Positions 17,735 to 27,577 of a stretch of 64,000 nt of DNA are shown in pieces. The notes beneath the pieces were generated by a model that did not search any database, was not told the origin of the DNA, and was given only the letters and a program-made list of their open reading frames with translations. The stretch lies in IMG/VR virus record IMGVR_UViG_3300013901_000001. One strand, given 5' to 3'. A program made the position numbers and the translations under genes. Source of the stretch: a virus. Every line of letters begins with the position of its first letter. Position 1 is the first letter of the stretch.

Positions 17735-18236
17735 TGAAACGAAAAGAAGATTTTATGGATATTGACAAAGCAATAAGGATAGCACAAGAATACGGAAAGT
17801 GGATTTCGGTAGATAAGAGACTTCCAAAAAGAATAAGGGGGAAAAATGGAGAATATCTTCCGTCAAGTGATTATGTTGCTATATTGTCTGATTATGGAGG
17901 TGTATTTATTACTAAATACAATTTTGATTTTAAGACTTGGATAGGAAGATCGGATTATAAAATTACCCATTGGAAGCCAGTTAGGAATAAAAAATATAGG
18001 CGCAGAAAACTAATTGATTTTATGTGGATTCCTGTTTCAAAAAGGCTACCGAAAGAAGATACTTATTGCACAAGGGATCAAGTAAACCTTGTTTAGTTGC
18101 GGCTGGAAAATACGGAGTTTTTGATGCATATTATTATTTTGAAAACCATGAATGGGTTTTTCTTGAAGAAGAATGCTATATTTCTACAAATGAAGTCACC
18201 CACTGGATGCCAATGCCAAAAGCACCGGTAAAATAA
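17731..18236 (+). pseudogene. tandem DUF551-like protein with an apparent frameshift near 18070
   Basis: First unit ends ITHWKP. The second starts WIPVSKRLPKED in one frame and finishes ...VTHWMPMPKAP in another. Confidence 0.45.
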
Positions 18237-18272
18237 AAATTATCTGCATAATAAAACAAATAATCTCATATA

Positions 18273-18503
18273 ATGAAAGGGAAACGGCTTATGAAGTTTT
18301 CAAGACTTACAAAGCCGGAACTTGAAAAAATACTTCAAAATGCCAATTTTACGAAAGACGAAGAAGAAATATTTAAGGACCTGTCTAGGGGAATTTCTGA
18401 AAAAGAAATATCCCTTAGACATTCTATATCCGTAAGTACGGTTGAAAGAAGAACACGCCGTATCAAGGAAAAAATAAAAAGATTAAACAGGAGTGAGAAA
18501 TGA
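18273..18503 (+). CDS. small sigma-70 region-4-like HTH protein
   Basis: EKEISLRHSISVSTVERRTRRIKEKI; immediately precedes and overlaps the integrase. Confidence 0.5.
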   Translation: MKGKRLMKFSRLTKPELEKILQNANFTKDEEEIFKDLSRGISEKEISLRHSISVSTVERRTRRIKEKIKRLNRSEK

Positions 18504-19747
18504 GTCTTTCTGATAACGAATTATTGAAGTATGCCGTTGAAAATGGTATGATTGACACGGCACTTTTACGAAAAGAATTAGAAATGCGCAGAAGAGAGGA
18601 GATATTATCAAAACACCCATATCGTATATGGCAAGGAAATGACGGAAGGTGGAGAACATATTTACTTCCGGAAGACGGTAAAAGGAAAATGGTAAACCGT
18701 CAGACCGAAAAGGATTTAAAGGATGTTGTTGTTAGCTTTTATGAAGAAAACGAGAAGCATTCTTTTAAAAACCGATACGATGTATGGGTACAAAGACAAG
18801 AAAATTGTGGACGAGCAGAAAACACAATATACAAATACGAAACGGACTATGATCGTTTTTTCAAAGGAGATCCTTTTGAAAGAATGAAAGTAGAAAATAT
18901 TACAGACGAAGATATTTCTTTAATGATTATTGACCTTTTAAAAAGAAAAGATATTCCATACAAGGCATTAAAGGGAATGTTTGGGTACATGAACGGAGTC
19001 TTTGAAAAGTGTATCATTGACAAAATTATCAAAGAAAATCCTTGTAAATACATAGATTTGCCGATATATAAGAAATACTGCAAGGAATCAGGAGATAACA
19101 GAGTCGAAAGCAGAACATTATCTAGGGACGAAAGTAAAAGCCTTTTGGAGAAACTGGACGATTCTTACCAAAAGAAACCGAATTACATTGTTCAATACGC
19201 TTTGGAATTTTCAATGTATACCGGAATGAGAGTGGGGGAGTTATCAGGGTTAAGTTGGGATTGCATTGATTTTGAAAGGAAGACATTGACTATTTGCAAA
19301 TCAGAAAAATTTAATCGGAAAAGCAAGACGTATTATATTTCTTCAACTAAAAATGACAAAACAAGGGTAATTCCTCTTACAAAACAAATGGAAGAAGTGC
19401 TTTTAAAAGTCCGAAGTATAGAAGAGGAAAATGGGTTTTTAAGCGAATTTGTTTTTTCTGATTCAAACGGGAGAGTTCATTGCAGAAGAATTTCTGATTG
19501 TGCAAGAAACAGAACAATGTCGAAAGAATTTTCCAAGCCAAAAAGTATACACGCAATAAGGCGAACTGTAAACTCGGAATTACGTTGCAAAGGTGTTCCG
19601 GCAGTCGTAGCTGCATCACTTATTGGTAATACGGAAAGAGTCAACGAAAGCAATTACAGCTATGACATATCCGGAATGGAATATAAGTCTTCCGTATTCG
19701 CTGAAATAAACAAAGATATTCGTGATTACAGAAATAATCAAAAGTAA
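18500..19747 (+). CDS. int: tyrosine site-specific integrase
   Basis: N-terminal arm-binding-type segment (WQGNDGRWRTYL), MRVGEL, HAIRRT box, C-terminal Tyr region. Confidence 0.9.
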   Translation: MSLSDNELLKYAVENGMIDTALLRKELEMRRREEILSKHPYRIWQGNDGRWRTYLLPEDGKRKMVNRQTEKDLKDVVVSFYEENEKHSFKNRYDVWVQRQENCGRAENTIYKYETDYDRFFKGDPFERMKVENITDEDISLMIIDLLKRKDIPYKALKGMFGYMNGVFEKCIIDKIIKENPCKYIDLPIYKKYCKESGDNRVESRTLSRDESKSLLEKLDDSYQKKPNYIVQYALEFSMYTGMRVGELSGLSWDCIDFERKTLTICKSEKFNRKSKTYYISSTKNDKTRVIPLTKQMEEVLLKVRSIEEENGFLSEFVFSDSNGRVHCRRISDCARNRTMSKEFSKPKSIHAIRRTVNSELRCKGVPAVVAASLIGNTERVNESNYSYDISGMEYKSSVFAEINKDIRDYRNNQK

Positions 19748-19929
19748 TCAAAAATAATCAAAATTTCAGCAAACGCGAAAGCCGAAAAACCCAGTAAAAT
19801 CAAGGGTTTGCGGACTTTTTAAAGAGTGCCGGCAGTGGGACTTGAACCCACACCGCGCCCCGAAACCCCAGTAAAATCAAGGGTTTCAGAAATGCGTGTA
19901 ATCAAAATAATCAAGAAATAATCAAAAAT
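19744..19929. other. attP-like region: TAATCA arm-type repeats and 20-nt direct repeats flanking a tRNA 3' fragment
   Basis: TAATCA at 19745, 19755, 19899, 19908, 19919; CCCAGTAAAATCAAGGGTTT at 19790 and 19867. Confidence 0.65.
19827..19861 (-). other. tRNA 3'-end fragment (T-arm plus acceptor strand), probable att core
   Basis: Reverse complement reads GGGGCGCGGT GTGGG TTCAAGT CCCAC TGCCGGC A; no 5' half present. Confidence 0.7.
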
Positions 19930-20171
19930 TTATTACGAAAGGAGATTTCGTAAAAGTGCCGTAAATAAAAGGGTTGAGGGATATGTGAAGGAAAGTTGAC
20001 GTAAAAGTGACGGTTTTACCGTCTTTTTTTATGTCAAAATTTAGTTACAAGGAGAAACAGTTATGTTATTTAATTTCAGTTCAGTAGATTCTCCGGAACA
20101 ACCACTTTTTCTTACGCAAGATGAAACGGACATTCTGGTAGAATCAGAAAAACTTGATAGGAGGTCAGATC

Positions 20172-20672
20172 ATGCAACCGTATGTAAACCCGAACTACTT
20201 TAATTCTCAACCGCAATATGGAGTTGGCAATTATTATTCGTATCAACCGCAGAGGATTAATCCGGCAGAACAGAATTATACTTCTTATGCTCCGCAGATG
20301 CAGACCGGTCCCATTCAGCAAAATCAAGGCATTCACGGAAAATTTATTCAGATGCCGGAAAACATCGTTGCAAATGATGTACCTATGGACGGATCCGTTG
20401 CCATTTTTCCTATGCAGGATATGAGCAGTATATTTGTTAAAAGTTGGGGAGCAGACGGAAAAATCGCCACAATCGTTTTTAAGCCTGTTTTGAACGATAA
20501 CCCTAACAATTTACCGTCCGATGCAGAAAAGGCGAAATTTGACCTATCAGACGAAGCCACAGCGGTATTTATGAAACGCTTTGATGAATTGGAACAGAAG
20601 ATTGAGCAGTTAAAAACTTCGCAGACGCAGAAGAAAAATTCAACTTCGCAGAGAAAGGATGACGCAGAATGA
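20172..20672 (+). CDS. hypothetical protein with Q/N/Y-rich N-terminus
   Basis: AGGAGG then ATG 20172; PQYGVGNYYSYQPQ... low-complexity start. Confidence 0.5.
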   Translation: MQPYVNPNYFNSQPQYGVGNYYSYQPQRINPAEQNYTSYAPQMQTGPIQQNQGIHGKFIQMPENIVANDVPMDGSVAIFPMQDMSSIFVKSWGADGKIATIVFKPVLNDNPNNLPSDAEKAKFDLSDEATAVFMKRFDELEQKIEQLKTSQTQKKNSTSQRKDDAE

Positions 20673-20908
20673 TGAATATAAATCCAATGCAGTTTATGCA
20701 GATGTTTAAAGGAAATCCACAACAGGCCATGCAACAGCTTATGGGAAATAGCCAGATCATGTCAAACCCAACAGCTAAAAACGCTTTGAATATGGCTCAA
20801 AAGGGAGATTTCAAGGGAATAGAGCAGATAGCAAGAAATATATGCAAAGAAAACGGTGTAAACCCGGAAGAAATGTACAACAACGTAAAAAATCGTTTTG
20901 GTATGTAG
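20669..20908 (+). CDS. small hypothetical protein
   Basis: ATGA overlap with the upstream gene. Confidence 0.45.
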   Translation: MMNINPMQFMQMFKGNPQQAMQQLMGNSQIMSNPTAKNALNMAQKGDFKGIEQIARNICKENGVNPEEMYNNVKNRFGM

Positions 20909-20975
20909 CATATTAGAGGTGCGCGCAAATCTTAAGACCTCTTTATGAAATAATTTTATTAAGGAGGACAATAAT

Positions 20976-21761
20976 ATGTTCGAATCAAATACACCCTTTA
21001 CAATGCCTGTAATGCCGGCAAATGCCGGTTATGGCAATGACGGAGCATGGGGAGACGGTGGCTGGTTATGGATTATCGTTGTGTTTGCTTTACTCTTTGG
21101 CTGGGGAAATAACGGCTGGGGAGGATTCGGCGGTGGCAACGGTGGCGGTTATGTCGCAACGGCAGCTACACAAGCAGACATTCAGCGTGGATTCGATAAT
21201 TCCGCAGTAATCTCAAAACTTGACGGTATTACAAACGGATTATGTGATGGTTTCTATGCAGTAAATAACGGTATGCTTACCGGGTTTAATGGAATCAACA
21301 CAAACATCTTGCAGACCGGATACGGAATTCAACAGGCAATCAACGCAGACACAATAGCCAATATGCAGAACACAAACGCATTACAGGCTCAACTTGCGAA
21401 CTGTTGCTGTGAAACACGTGAAGCTATTCAGGGCGTAAACTACAATATGGCGCAGAATGCCTGTGCATTGCAGAACACCATGAACAGTAACACAAGAGAC
21501 ATTATTGACAGTCAGAACGCAGGAACAAGAGCGGTGCTTGACTACTTATGTGCAAAAGAAAATGCTGATTTAAGAGATAAAGTTCAGAAACTTGAACTTG
21601 CTGCTTCTCAATCAGCACAGAACGCATATATTGCCGCTAATCAGGAAGCACAGACAGCGGAATTAATTCGTAGAATTAATCCTATGCCGGTTCCTTCATA
21701 TAACGTTCCGGCACCATATCCTTATTCTGGATACGGTTGCAATGGAGGTTGCAATATTTAA
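20976..21761 (+). CDS. membrane-anchored G/W-rich and Q/N/C-rich hypothetical protein
   Basis: Hydrophobic WLWIIVVFALLFGW, GWGGFGGGNGGG, NCCCE; AGGAGG upstream. Confidence 0.55.
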   Translation: MFESNTPFTMPVMPANAGYGNDGAWGDGGWLWIIVVFALLFGWGNNGWGGFGGGNGGGYVATAATQADIQRGFDNSAVISKLDGITNGLCDGFYAVNNGMLTGFNGINTNILQTGYGIQQAINADTIANMQNTNALQAQLANCCCETREAIQGVNYNMAQNACALQNTMNSNTRDIIDSQNAGTRAVLDYLCAKENADLRDKVQKLELAASQSAQNAYIAANQEAQTAELIRRINPMPVPSYNVPAPYPYSGYGCNGGCNI

Positions 21762-21836
21762 TTTTCTGATTAGAAAATGCGGAATTGAGTTTGTGCCTAA
21801 TTTCTGATATAATATATGTAAAAGGAGGTTAGGCAC

Positions 21837-22682
21837 ATGTCAATAAATGATTTATCAGGAAAAAGATTTGGTATTCTTACAGTATTGGAATACGAAGGAA
21901 AGAGCGGAAGAGGTTATAATTTTTGGAAGTGTAAATGTGATTGCGGAAATATTGTCACAAAAAATGAAAAATTATTGAAAAATGGACACACAAAAAGTTG
22001 CGGTTGTATTCATAGGGCAAAAGACTTAACTGGAAGTAAATTTGGAAACTTGACTGTTATGGAAAAAGTTGGAAGAAAAAACCGTCATACGCAATGGCTA
22101 TGCAAATGTGATTGTGGAAAAGAAGTTTTTTGCTATCAATATAATCTTGAAAGAGGAACTAGTACATCTTGTGGATGCCTTAGAAGCTATTATGCCAGAA
22201 AAACAAGACCTTGTCATGGGGAATCCACGGGAAAACTTTATAAGAAATGGAGTTCTATAAAAACAAGATGTTACAATTCAAACACTCCGAGCTATAAAAA
22301 TTATGGCGGAAGAGGAATAAAAATGTGTGATGAATGGCTTAAATTCTGGAATTTTAGAGAATGGGCATATTCAAATGGATATTCTGAAGGACTTACACTG
22401 GAAAGAATAGATGTTAATGGAAATTACGAACCTTCTAACTGCAAGTGGATACCGATGAAAGAGCAAGCTAGTAATAAGCGCAATAATTCATTTATAGAAT
22501 ATGGCGGTAAAAAACAAACTTTGTCTCAATGGTCAAAAGAACTTGGGGTTGGAAAAGAAGTTTTAAGTTATCGTTATAGAGCCGGTTGGAATCCGGAAGA
22601 ATGTCTTTTTGGAAAAGAAACAAAAGGAAAACATCAACTTCCAAGAATTGAAATACCAAATTATTTAAAGAATCATGAATGA
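21837..22682 (+). CDS. zinc-ribbon repeat DNA-binding / HNH-like protein (putative)
   Basis: Two copies of G.(R/K)FG.LTV...W.CKCDCG...SCGC, then the ERIDVNGNYEPSNCKWI segment. Confidence 0.4.
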   Translation: MSINDLSGKRFGILTVLEYEGKSGRGYNFWKCKCDCGNIVTKNEKLLKNGHTKSCGCIHRAKDLTGSKFGNLTVMEKVGRKNRHTQWLCKCDCGKEVFCYQYNLERGTSTSCGCLRSYYARKTRPCHGESTGKLYKKWSSIKTRCYNSNTPSYKNYGGRGIKMCDEWLKFWNFREWAYSNGYSEGLTLERIDVNGNYEPSNCKWIPMKEQASNKRNNSFIEYGGKKQTLSQWSKELGVGKEVLSYRYRAGWNPEECLFGKETKGKHQLPRIEIPNYLKNHE

Positions 22683-22902
22683 TAACAACAACGGGTGGTC
22701 CTTTCTCGATATGCTTACCGTGTTTTCGGTCTTATTGCAAATGCTTGGTTATCAAAGCGACCAGAAGCAAGCGTCCAATGACGATATTTTAAGAGAGTTG
22801 CAAAGACAGAATATGGATTATCTGGAAAAGATCACGGCACAACAAAAGAAAATCATGGAAATTTTATCTGAAATAAAGTCAGATTTCGCCAATAATGGCT
22901 GA
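22675..22902 (+). CDS. small hypothetical protein
   Basis: Overlaps the upstream stop; followed by a terminator. Confidence 0.45.
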   Translation: MNDNNNGWSFLDMLTVFSVLLQMLGYQSDQKQASNDDILRELQRQNMDYLEKITAQQKKIMEILSEIKSDFANNG

Positions 22903-22907
22903 TAACA

Positions 22908-22937
22908 AAGGGTAGGCGAAAGTCTACCCTTATTTTA
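22908..22937 (+). terminator. intrinsic terminator
   Basis: AAGGGTAG-GCGAAAGT-CTACCCTT then ATTTTAAT. Confidence 0.7.
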
Positions 22938-22957
22938 ATAACAGGAGGTAAAAATTT

Positions 22958-23386
22958 ATGGCTTGCAGAAATGTATGTAAATTGTGCGACAATCTTATCA
23001 TTTCCCAGTCGGTCACGTTTACAGACGGAAACCTTATCATCAATCTTCCGGCCGGAAGTTATGCAAACGGAAAGAAAGCCTGCATCGTTGTAGCACAGGC
23101 AATTCCAGATGCAACAACGATTAATGCTCCGGTGTACATTACCATCGGAACAGGAACGGTTCTTTATCCACTTACAAAGCGTAATTGCCGACAGGTAACG
23201 GCTTGTGGATTAAGAATACGGACAAGATACAGTACTTGCGTAGAAACCACACCTACAGGCGGTTTATTCCGACTTCTTGGAGATCCTTGCTGTTCTCCAA
23301 ATAACAATCTTACATCAATTAATGGAACGGCTCCGGTTGCGCCGACAAATGATGTACAGACTCAAAGTGTGAAAGGAGTGAAGTAG
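22958..23386 (+). CDS. cysteine-rich hypothetical protein
   Basis: AGGAGG upstream; 142 aa. Confidence 0.5.
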   Translation: MACRNVCKLCDNLIISQSVTFTDGNLIINLPAGSYANGKKACIVVAQAIPDATTINAPVYITIGTGTVLYPLTKRNCRQVTACGLRIRTRYSTCVETTPTGGLFRLLGDPCCSPNNNLTSINGTAPVAPTNDVQTQSVKGVK

Positions 23387-23387
23387 T

Positions 23388-24074
23388 ATGCATATCAAAA
23401 GAATCCACGAAATGTTAGAATGTCTTACCGAAGTGGCAAAGACACAACTTGATAAAGGAGCCAGTTGCGTAAACACGGACGAAATGGGTAAGGCGGTAGA
23501 CATGATTAAAGACCTTACCGAAGCGGAATATCATGCCCTCATTGCAAAGTCCATGGAAGAATACGAAGAAGAAGAAAAGGAAGCCGAGAAATTCCGTCTA
23601 CATCTTTTTGAGGAAAGATTTGGTGAAGATGAAGGAAGAAGATTTTACGACCATTACAGATACGCCAACGGAAGATTCGCCCCTAAAGGATCCGGGACAT
23701 ATAGACGTAATTATACTCCTTATCTTGGCAGTTCTTCTTTCATGCCCGAATGGAACGACAATGAACCCATGTCCCAAAGAAGAATGAGAGACATGGACCG
23801 GAACGACGGAAGAATGTATTACACAGAGCCGTCCTATCAAGGAAGCAACCGTGAATACAGTGAAAGCCGATATGACAAGGCAAGGCGTATGTACACGGAA
23901 AGTAAGGAACTGCATAAGGCAAATACACAGACCGATAAAGACCAGAAGATGAAAGACCTTGAAAACTATTTCAAGGAAATTTCCGAGGACTTGACCGATG
24001 TGATTTCTGACGCTACGGCAGAGGAAAAAGCCATGTTGCGGACAAAATTAACCGGACTTGCCGGACGCATTTAG
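23388..24074 (+). CDS. charged low-complexity hypothetical protein
   Basis: 228 aa, E/K/R/Y-rich. Confidence 0.5.
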   Translation: MHIKRIHEMLECLTEVAKTQLDKGASCVNTDEMGKAVDMIKDLTEAEYHALIAKSMEEYEEEEKEAEKFRLHLFEERFGEDEGRRFYDHYRYANGRFAPKGSGTYRRNYTPYLGSSSFMPEWNDNEPMSQRRMRDMDRNDGRMYYTEPSYQGSNREYSESRYDKARRMYTESKELHKANTQTDKDQKMKDLENYFKEISEDLTDVISDATAEEKAMLRTKLTGLAGRI

Positions 24075-24079
24075 ATGAT

Positions 24080-24100
24080 AGGGGCAGAAATGCCCCTATT
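24080..24100 (+). terminator. hairpin, weak terminator
   Basis: AGGGGCA-GAAA-TGCCCCT then ATTCTT. Confidence 0.4.
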
Positions 24101-24211
24101 CTTGCACATTGACAACTAAATAGTGGCTAGTGATTAAAGCGTCTAAAGTTGATTAATTTTATCGAATATGGTAGAATTTTTGCATCATAAAAGAGAGGGG
24201 GATATATACAT

Positions 24212-25450
24212 ATGAAGATTTGTCCTATTTGTGGTGCGGAAAACGAAGATAACCGCATCATCTGTAAAGAATGCGGTTTTGGAATGGAATTGGAGGAAGA
24301 TACGCAACCAGTAATGCAACAGCAAAGCGTTCCTTATCGTAAACCAGAGAGGAAAACCGGTCTTGCACTTGCTTCGCTGATTTGTGGAATTATCGGTTTG
24401 GTTCTTTCATGTGTCGTTATTGGCATGGTTCCGTCTGTAATCGCATTAATTCTTGGAATTATTGCACTTACCCTAACAGAAGTTAAAAAGCAGAAGGTAA
24501 TGGCGATTGTAGGAATCTGCTGTTCCGTTCTTGCCACTTTGATTTCTATTGTGGCACTTGCGCTGTTTTTTGGTTCTGGCAGTTCTTCGAGTAGCGGAGA
24601 TTCAAACAGCAAGGCAGACAACGACACCAAAGAAGAAACGATAATTGATATGATTCAAGGTGATTCCAAAGAGCAGTTTATTAGCGAATGCGAGGACTTT
24701 AACTACAAAGATCTTGCCCGTGATCCGAACGGAAACATTGGAAAGAAGATCAAACTGGAAGTAAAGGTTCAACAGATTTTAACACAGGGCAAGAAAACCT
24801 ATTACAGAGTCAATATGAACGATGAGTATGGATTCTGGGGCGGTGGCGAGTTTATCATGTGGGATAACCGCAAAGACGATGACATGAAAATCCTTGTCGA
24901 TGATATTCTCATGGTTTATGCGGAATTTGACGGTACAGAAAGAATGGTAAGGGCATTTACAGACACCGAAGAAGATGTTCCGTCCATAAAGGCATATTAT
25001 GTGGAACTTCTGGACGAAGATGATTACACCTATGATTTTACTGGTGGTTCAACGGCAAATACCTTAAGCGAAGAAGTTTTGAATGACGGTACGATTGATA
25101 CGGATTTTGGAAACTTTACTCTGAAATATACCAGATATGAACTGTCGGAAGATTACGAGGGTAAGCAATGTGTCATAATCTATTTTGACTACACGAATAA
25201 TTCCGAAGAAAATTCCTGTTATTCATGGATGGCAAATGTGCAAGTGTTCCAGAATGGTATAGAATGTGGCGATGCATTTATACTGGACGATGACAACAAA
25301 GCATTGAATAATGATATGACGGAAGTCAAGAAAGGAACAACTATCAGTGTCGCATCTGCATTTTATATTGACGGATTGGACGATATTGAACTTGAATGTG
25401 GTGTTCTTTACGGCGGTTCGGTCGATACCATGACAATACAATTACAATAG
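24212..25450 (+). CDS. zinc-ribbon membrane protein with extracellular beta-rich domain
   Basis: CPICG..C.ECG, three hydrophobic helices, S/G linker, large C-terminal domain. Confidence 0.6.
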   Translation: MKICPICGAENEDNRIICKECGFGMELEEDTQPVMQQQSVPYRKPERKTGLALASLICGIIGLVLSCVVIGMVPSVIALILGIIALTLTEVKKQKVMAIVGICCSVLATLISIVALALFFGSGSSSSSGDSNSKADNDTKEETIIDMIQGDSKEQFISECEDFNYKDLARDPNGNIGKKIKLEVKVQQILTQGKKTYYRVNMNDEYGFWGGGEFIMWDNRKDDDMKILVDDILMVYAEFDGTERMVRAFTDTEEDVPSIKAYYVELLDEDDYTYDFTGGSTANTLSEEVLNDGTIDTDFGNFTLKYTRYELSEDYEGKQCVIIYFDYTNNSEENSCYSWMANVQVFQNGIECGDAFILDDDNKALNNDMTEVKKGTTISVASAFYIDGLDDIELECGVLYGGSVDTMTIQLQ

Positions 25451-25468
25451 GTGCAGAATAAGGGAATT

Positions 25469-25500
25469 GGGGCGGTTTAATCCGCTCCTTTTCTTTTTTT
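25469..25500 (+). terminator. intrinsic terminator
   Basis: GGGGCGG-TTTAAT-CCGCTCC then TTTTCTTTTTTT. Confidence 0.8.
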
Positions 25501-25510
25501 AAATTTGTGC

Positions 25511-25552
25511 TTGACTTTTTGTAGCGACAGTATTATATTTATTGTAGCGACA
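25511..25552 (+). promoter_or_regulatory. sigma-70-type promoter with duplicated operator TTGTAGCGACA
   Basis: TTGACT (25511) - 17 nt - TATATT (25534); operator copies at 25519 and 25542 bracket the -10. Confidence 0.6.
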
Positions 25553-25573
25553 AAAAAGAAATGAGGTGAGAAG

Positions 25574-25759
25574 GTGTCGCCAGAAAGAGAAAGAGGAAGA
25601 CCAAAATTAAACAATAAAAAAGACACTATGCTTAGAGTTCGTATTGATGATGATGTGGTTAAAAAATTGGAAATCGCTTCAAATAACTTGAACATAACAA
25701 AGTCTGATGTTGTTAGAAATGGTATAGAAAGTGAATACCAAAGGTCATTAAAAAAATAA
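25574..25759 (+). CDS. ribbon-helix-helix (CopG/Arc-like) regulator
   Basis: LRVRIDDDVVKKLEIASNNLNITKSDVVRNGIE. Confidence 0.6.
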   Translation: MSPERERGRPKLNNKKDTMLRVRIDDDVVKKLEIASNNLNITKSDVVRNGIESEYQRSLKK

Positions 25760-25884
25760 AGCGTTGCACCGCTACCAACGAAAACAACGCTTTAAGAACC
25801 GAGATTTCTCTCATGTGAAATATTCTATCACATGGGTAAATCTCTTTCAAGTAAATTTTAATTTTTGAAAGGTGGTAGAATACT

Positions 25885-26124
25885 ATGAACAAATTTTTAG
25901 AAATCATTTACATGAATCAGATTATGGACGAGGACTGGGACAAATGCGAAGAAAACTTCGCAAAGTTTAAGAACAGGCTGAAAGAAATCGTCAGCGAAGA
26001 AGTTTTCGAGGAATTAGACGAACTTCTCACGGACTGCATCACCGAAAACAATGCCATGTATGCCGTAGACGGTATGAAACTTGCAATCGGCGTTCTTGAC
26101 GGAACATTTATTCCGAAAGCGTAG
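25885..26124 (+). CDS. hypothetical protein
   Basis: 79-aa acidic ORF. Confidence 0.45.
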   Translation: MNKFLEIIYMNQIMDEDWDKCEENFAKFKNRLKEIVSEEVFEELDELLTDCITENNAMYAVDGMKLAIGVLDGTFIPKA

Positions 26125-26136
26125 GAGGTGACCGAC

Positions 26137-26271
26137 ATGAAAACATATAAAATGGTTACCATTCCACAGGAAAGATATGATCGTATGGTGGAATCCTACG
26201 ACAAGGCACTGAAAGAACTGGAAGAACTTGGGAAAGAGTTGGAACAGCTCAAGAAAGGCGGTGCTTGCTGA
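26137..26271 (+). CDS. small coiled-coil protein (44 aa)
   Basis: GGAGGTG then ATG 26137; stop overlaps the next ATG. Confidence 0.35.
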   Translation: MKTYKMVTIPQERYDRMVESYDKALKELEELGKELEQLKKGGAC

Positions 26272-26963
26272 TGAACGAAGTAATTACCATTGAAAACACC
26301 GAAATGCAGATAAGGGAGTACAACGGACAGAGAGTTGTCACGTTCAAGGATATTGACACGGTACATCAAAGAACAGACGGAACAGCTAGAAGAAACTTTA
26401 GGCAAAATAAAAAGCACTTTATAGAGGGAGAAGATTACATTATCGTACATAGGAATAATTCAATGGACGAATTTCGTCCATTGGATTTTCCCATTCCACC
26501 CAAAGGTATAACCCTTATAACAGAAAGCGGTTATTTGATGCTAGTAAAATCATTCAACGATGATCTGTCATGGAAAGTACAAAGGAGATTAGTCAATTCC
26601 TATTTTAACGCCAGAGAACAACAGGTAACCTGTGAAGAGGTAGAAAAGGAAAACGATGCGGACATTGACTTGATCGAGGAAAAACCGCAAGTGCCACTTA
26701 TCAAAGGGTGGCACAACCGTAACAAGGGCAGACTTGCAAGGATTCAGAGCCGGACCGGACTTACATTGACAAGGATTTATCATTGCATCCTTAAGAATGT
26801 CGGTGAAAAATACGACCTTAAGGAAGCAAACAATATGTACAAGAAATGCACCGGAAAAGAACCGGAATACGCAATGGACATTGTAGAATACTTTCCGGAA
26901 CTTGCGGAAGCTGCTGACAGGTATCTGGACGGCGTAGAACGAGCATTGAACGCAAGGAGGTAG
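26271..26963 (+). CDS. ORF6N/KilA-N-type antirepressor-like protein
   Basis: REYNGQRVVTFKDIDTVHQRTDGTARRNFRQNKKHFIEGEDY. Confidence 0.6.
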   Translation: MNEVITIENTEMQIREYNGQRVVTFKDIDTVHQRTDGTARRNFRQNKKHFIEGEDYIIVHRNNSMDEFRPLDFPIPPKGITLITESGYLMLVKSFNDDLSWKVQRRLVNSYFNAREQQVTCEEVEKENDADIDLIEEKPQVPLIKGWHNRNKGRLARIQSRTGLTLTRIYHCILKNVGEKYDLKEANNMYKKCTGKEPEYAMDIVEYFPELAEAADRYLDGVERALNARR

Positions 26964-26970
26964 ATAAACG

Positions 26971-27252
26971 ATGACAGAACCTAAAATATTGAACTGTTGC
27001 CCGTTATGCGGTGCAAAACTGAAATATATGGCAGTTAAGCAATATGGGGAAGTCCACGAAATTACTTCAAGAGGTCACATCAAGGCAAATTCAAGACGGG
27101 AAAGCATAGATTCGGTTAACACAAACTATCTGATCTGTTGCAATGATGAATGTAATTTCATAGCGGAAAATCTTCTGTTGGAAGATCACCCAGAAATCAA
27201 GATTTTCAAAGAAAGAGGTACATTTTATTACACCATGGAGGATAAGGCATGA
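26971..27252 (+). CDS. zinc-ribbon protein
   Basis: CCPLCGAK...CCNDECN. Confidence 0.45.
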   Translation: MTEPKILNCCPLCGAKLKYMAVKQYGEVHEITSRGHIKANSRRESIDSVNTNYLICCNDECNFIAENLLLEDHPEIKIFKERGTFYYTMEDKA

Positions 27253-27569
27253 GAAAGAAATATCAGGATTTTCTGCTTGAAGCACTGGACTTACTGGACT
27301 GCATACCTCCGGCAGAGGAAGATAGACCGCCGGAAATGGTAGCAAGGGACTACAGTAACGCCGTGTTCCTGATGCAGAGAATGAGACAGTACGTAGATGC
27401 CATGAACCGGATTGAACCGAAGATTTTACACGAAAGAAAGTATCGAAACGGAAAATACAACCTTGAAGAACTTACAGGAATGTTTAACAAGTACGGGGAA
27501 GAAGCCGAAAAGGAAATGGTGCGGTACAAGGCTTTTATCAATCAGAGAAAAGCTGAGAAATGGAGATAG
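27249..27569 (+). CDS. hypothetical protein
   Basis: ATGA overlap with the upstream gene. Confidence 0.45.
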   Translation: MRKKYQDFLLEALDLLDCIPPAEEDRPPEMVARDYSNAVFLMQRMRQYVDAMNRIEPKILHERKYRNGKYNLEELTGMFNKYGEEAEKEMVRYKAFINQRKAEKWR

Positions 27570-27577
27570 CAGTAAAG

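Noticed and set aside
19827-19861. Prophage-host junction at a tRNA gene
   Set aside because: Only the 3' third of a tRNA is present. Symmetric arm repeats lie on both sides, and phage or accessory genes continue in both directions. This is better explained as attP.
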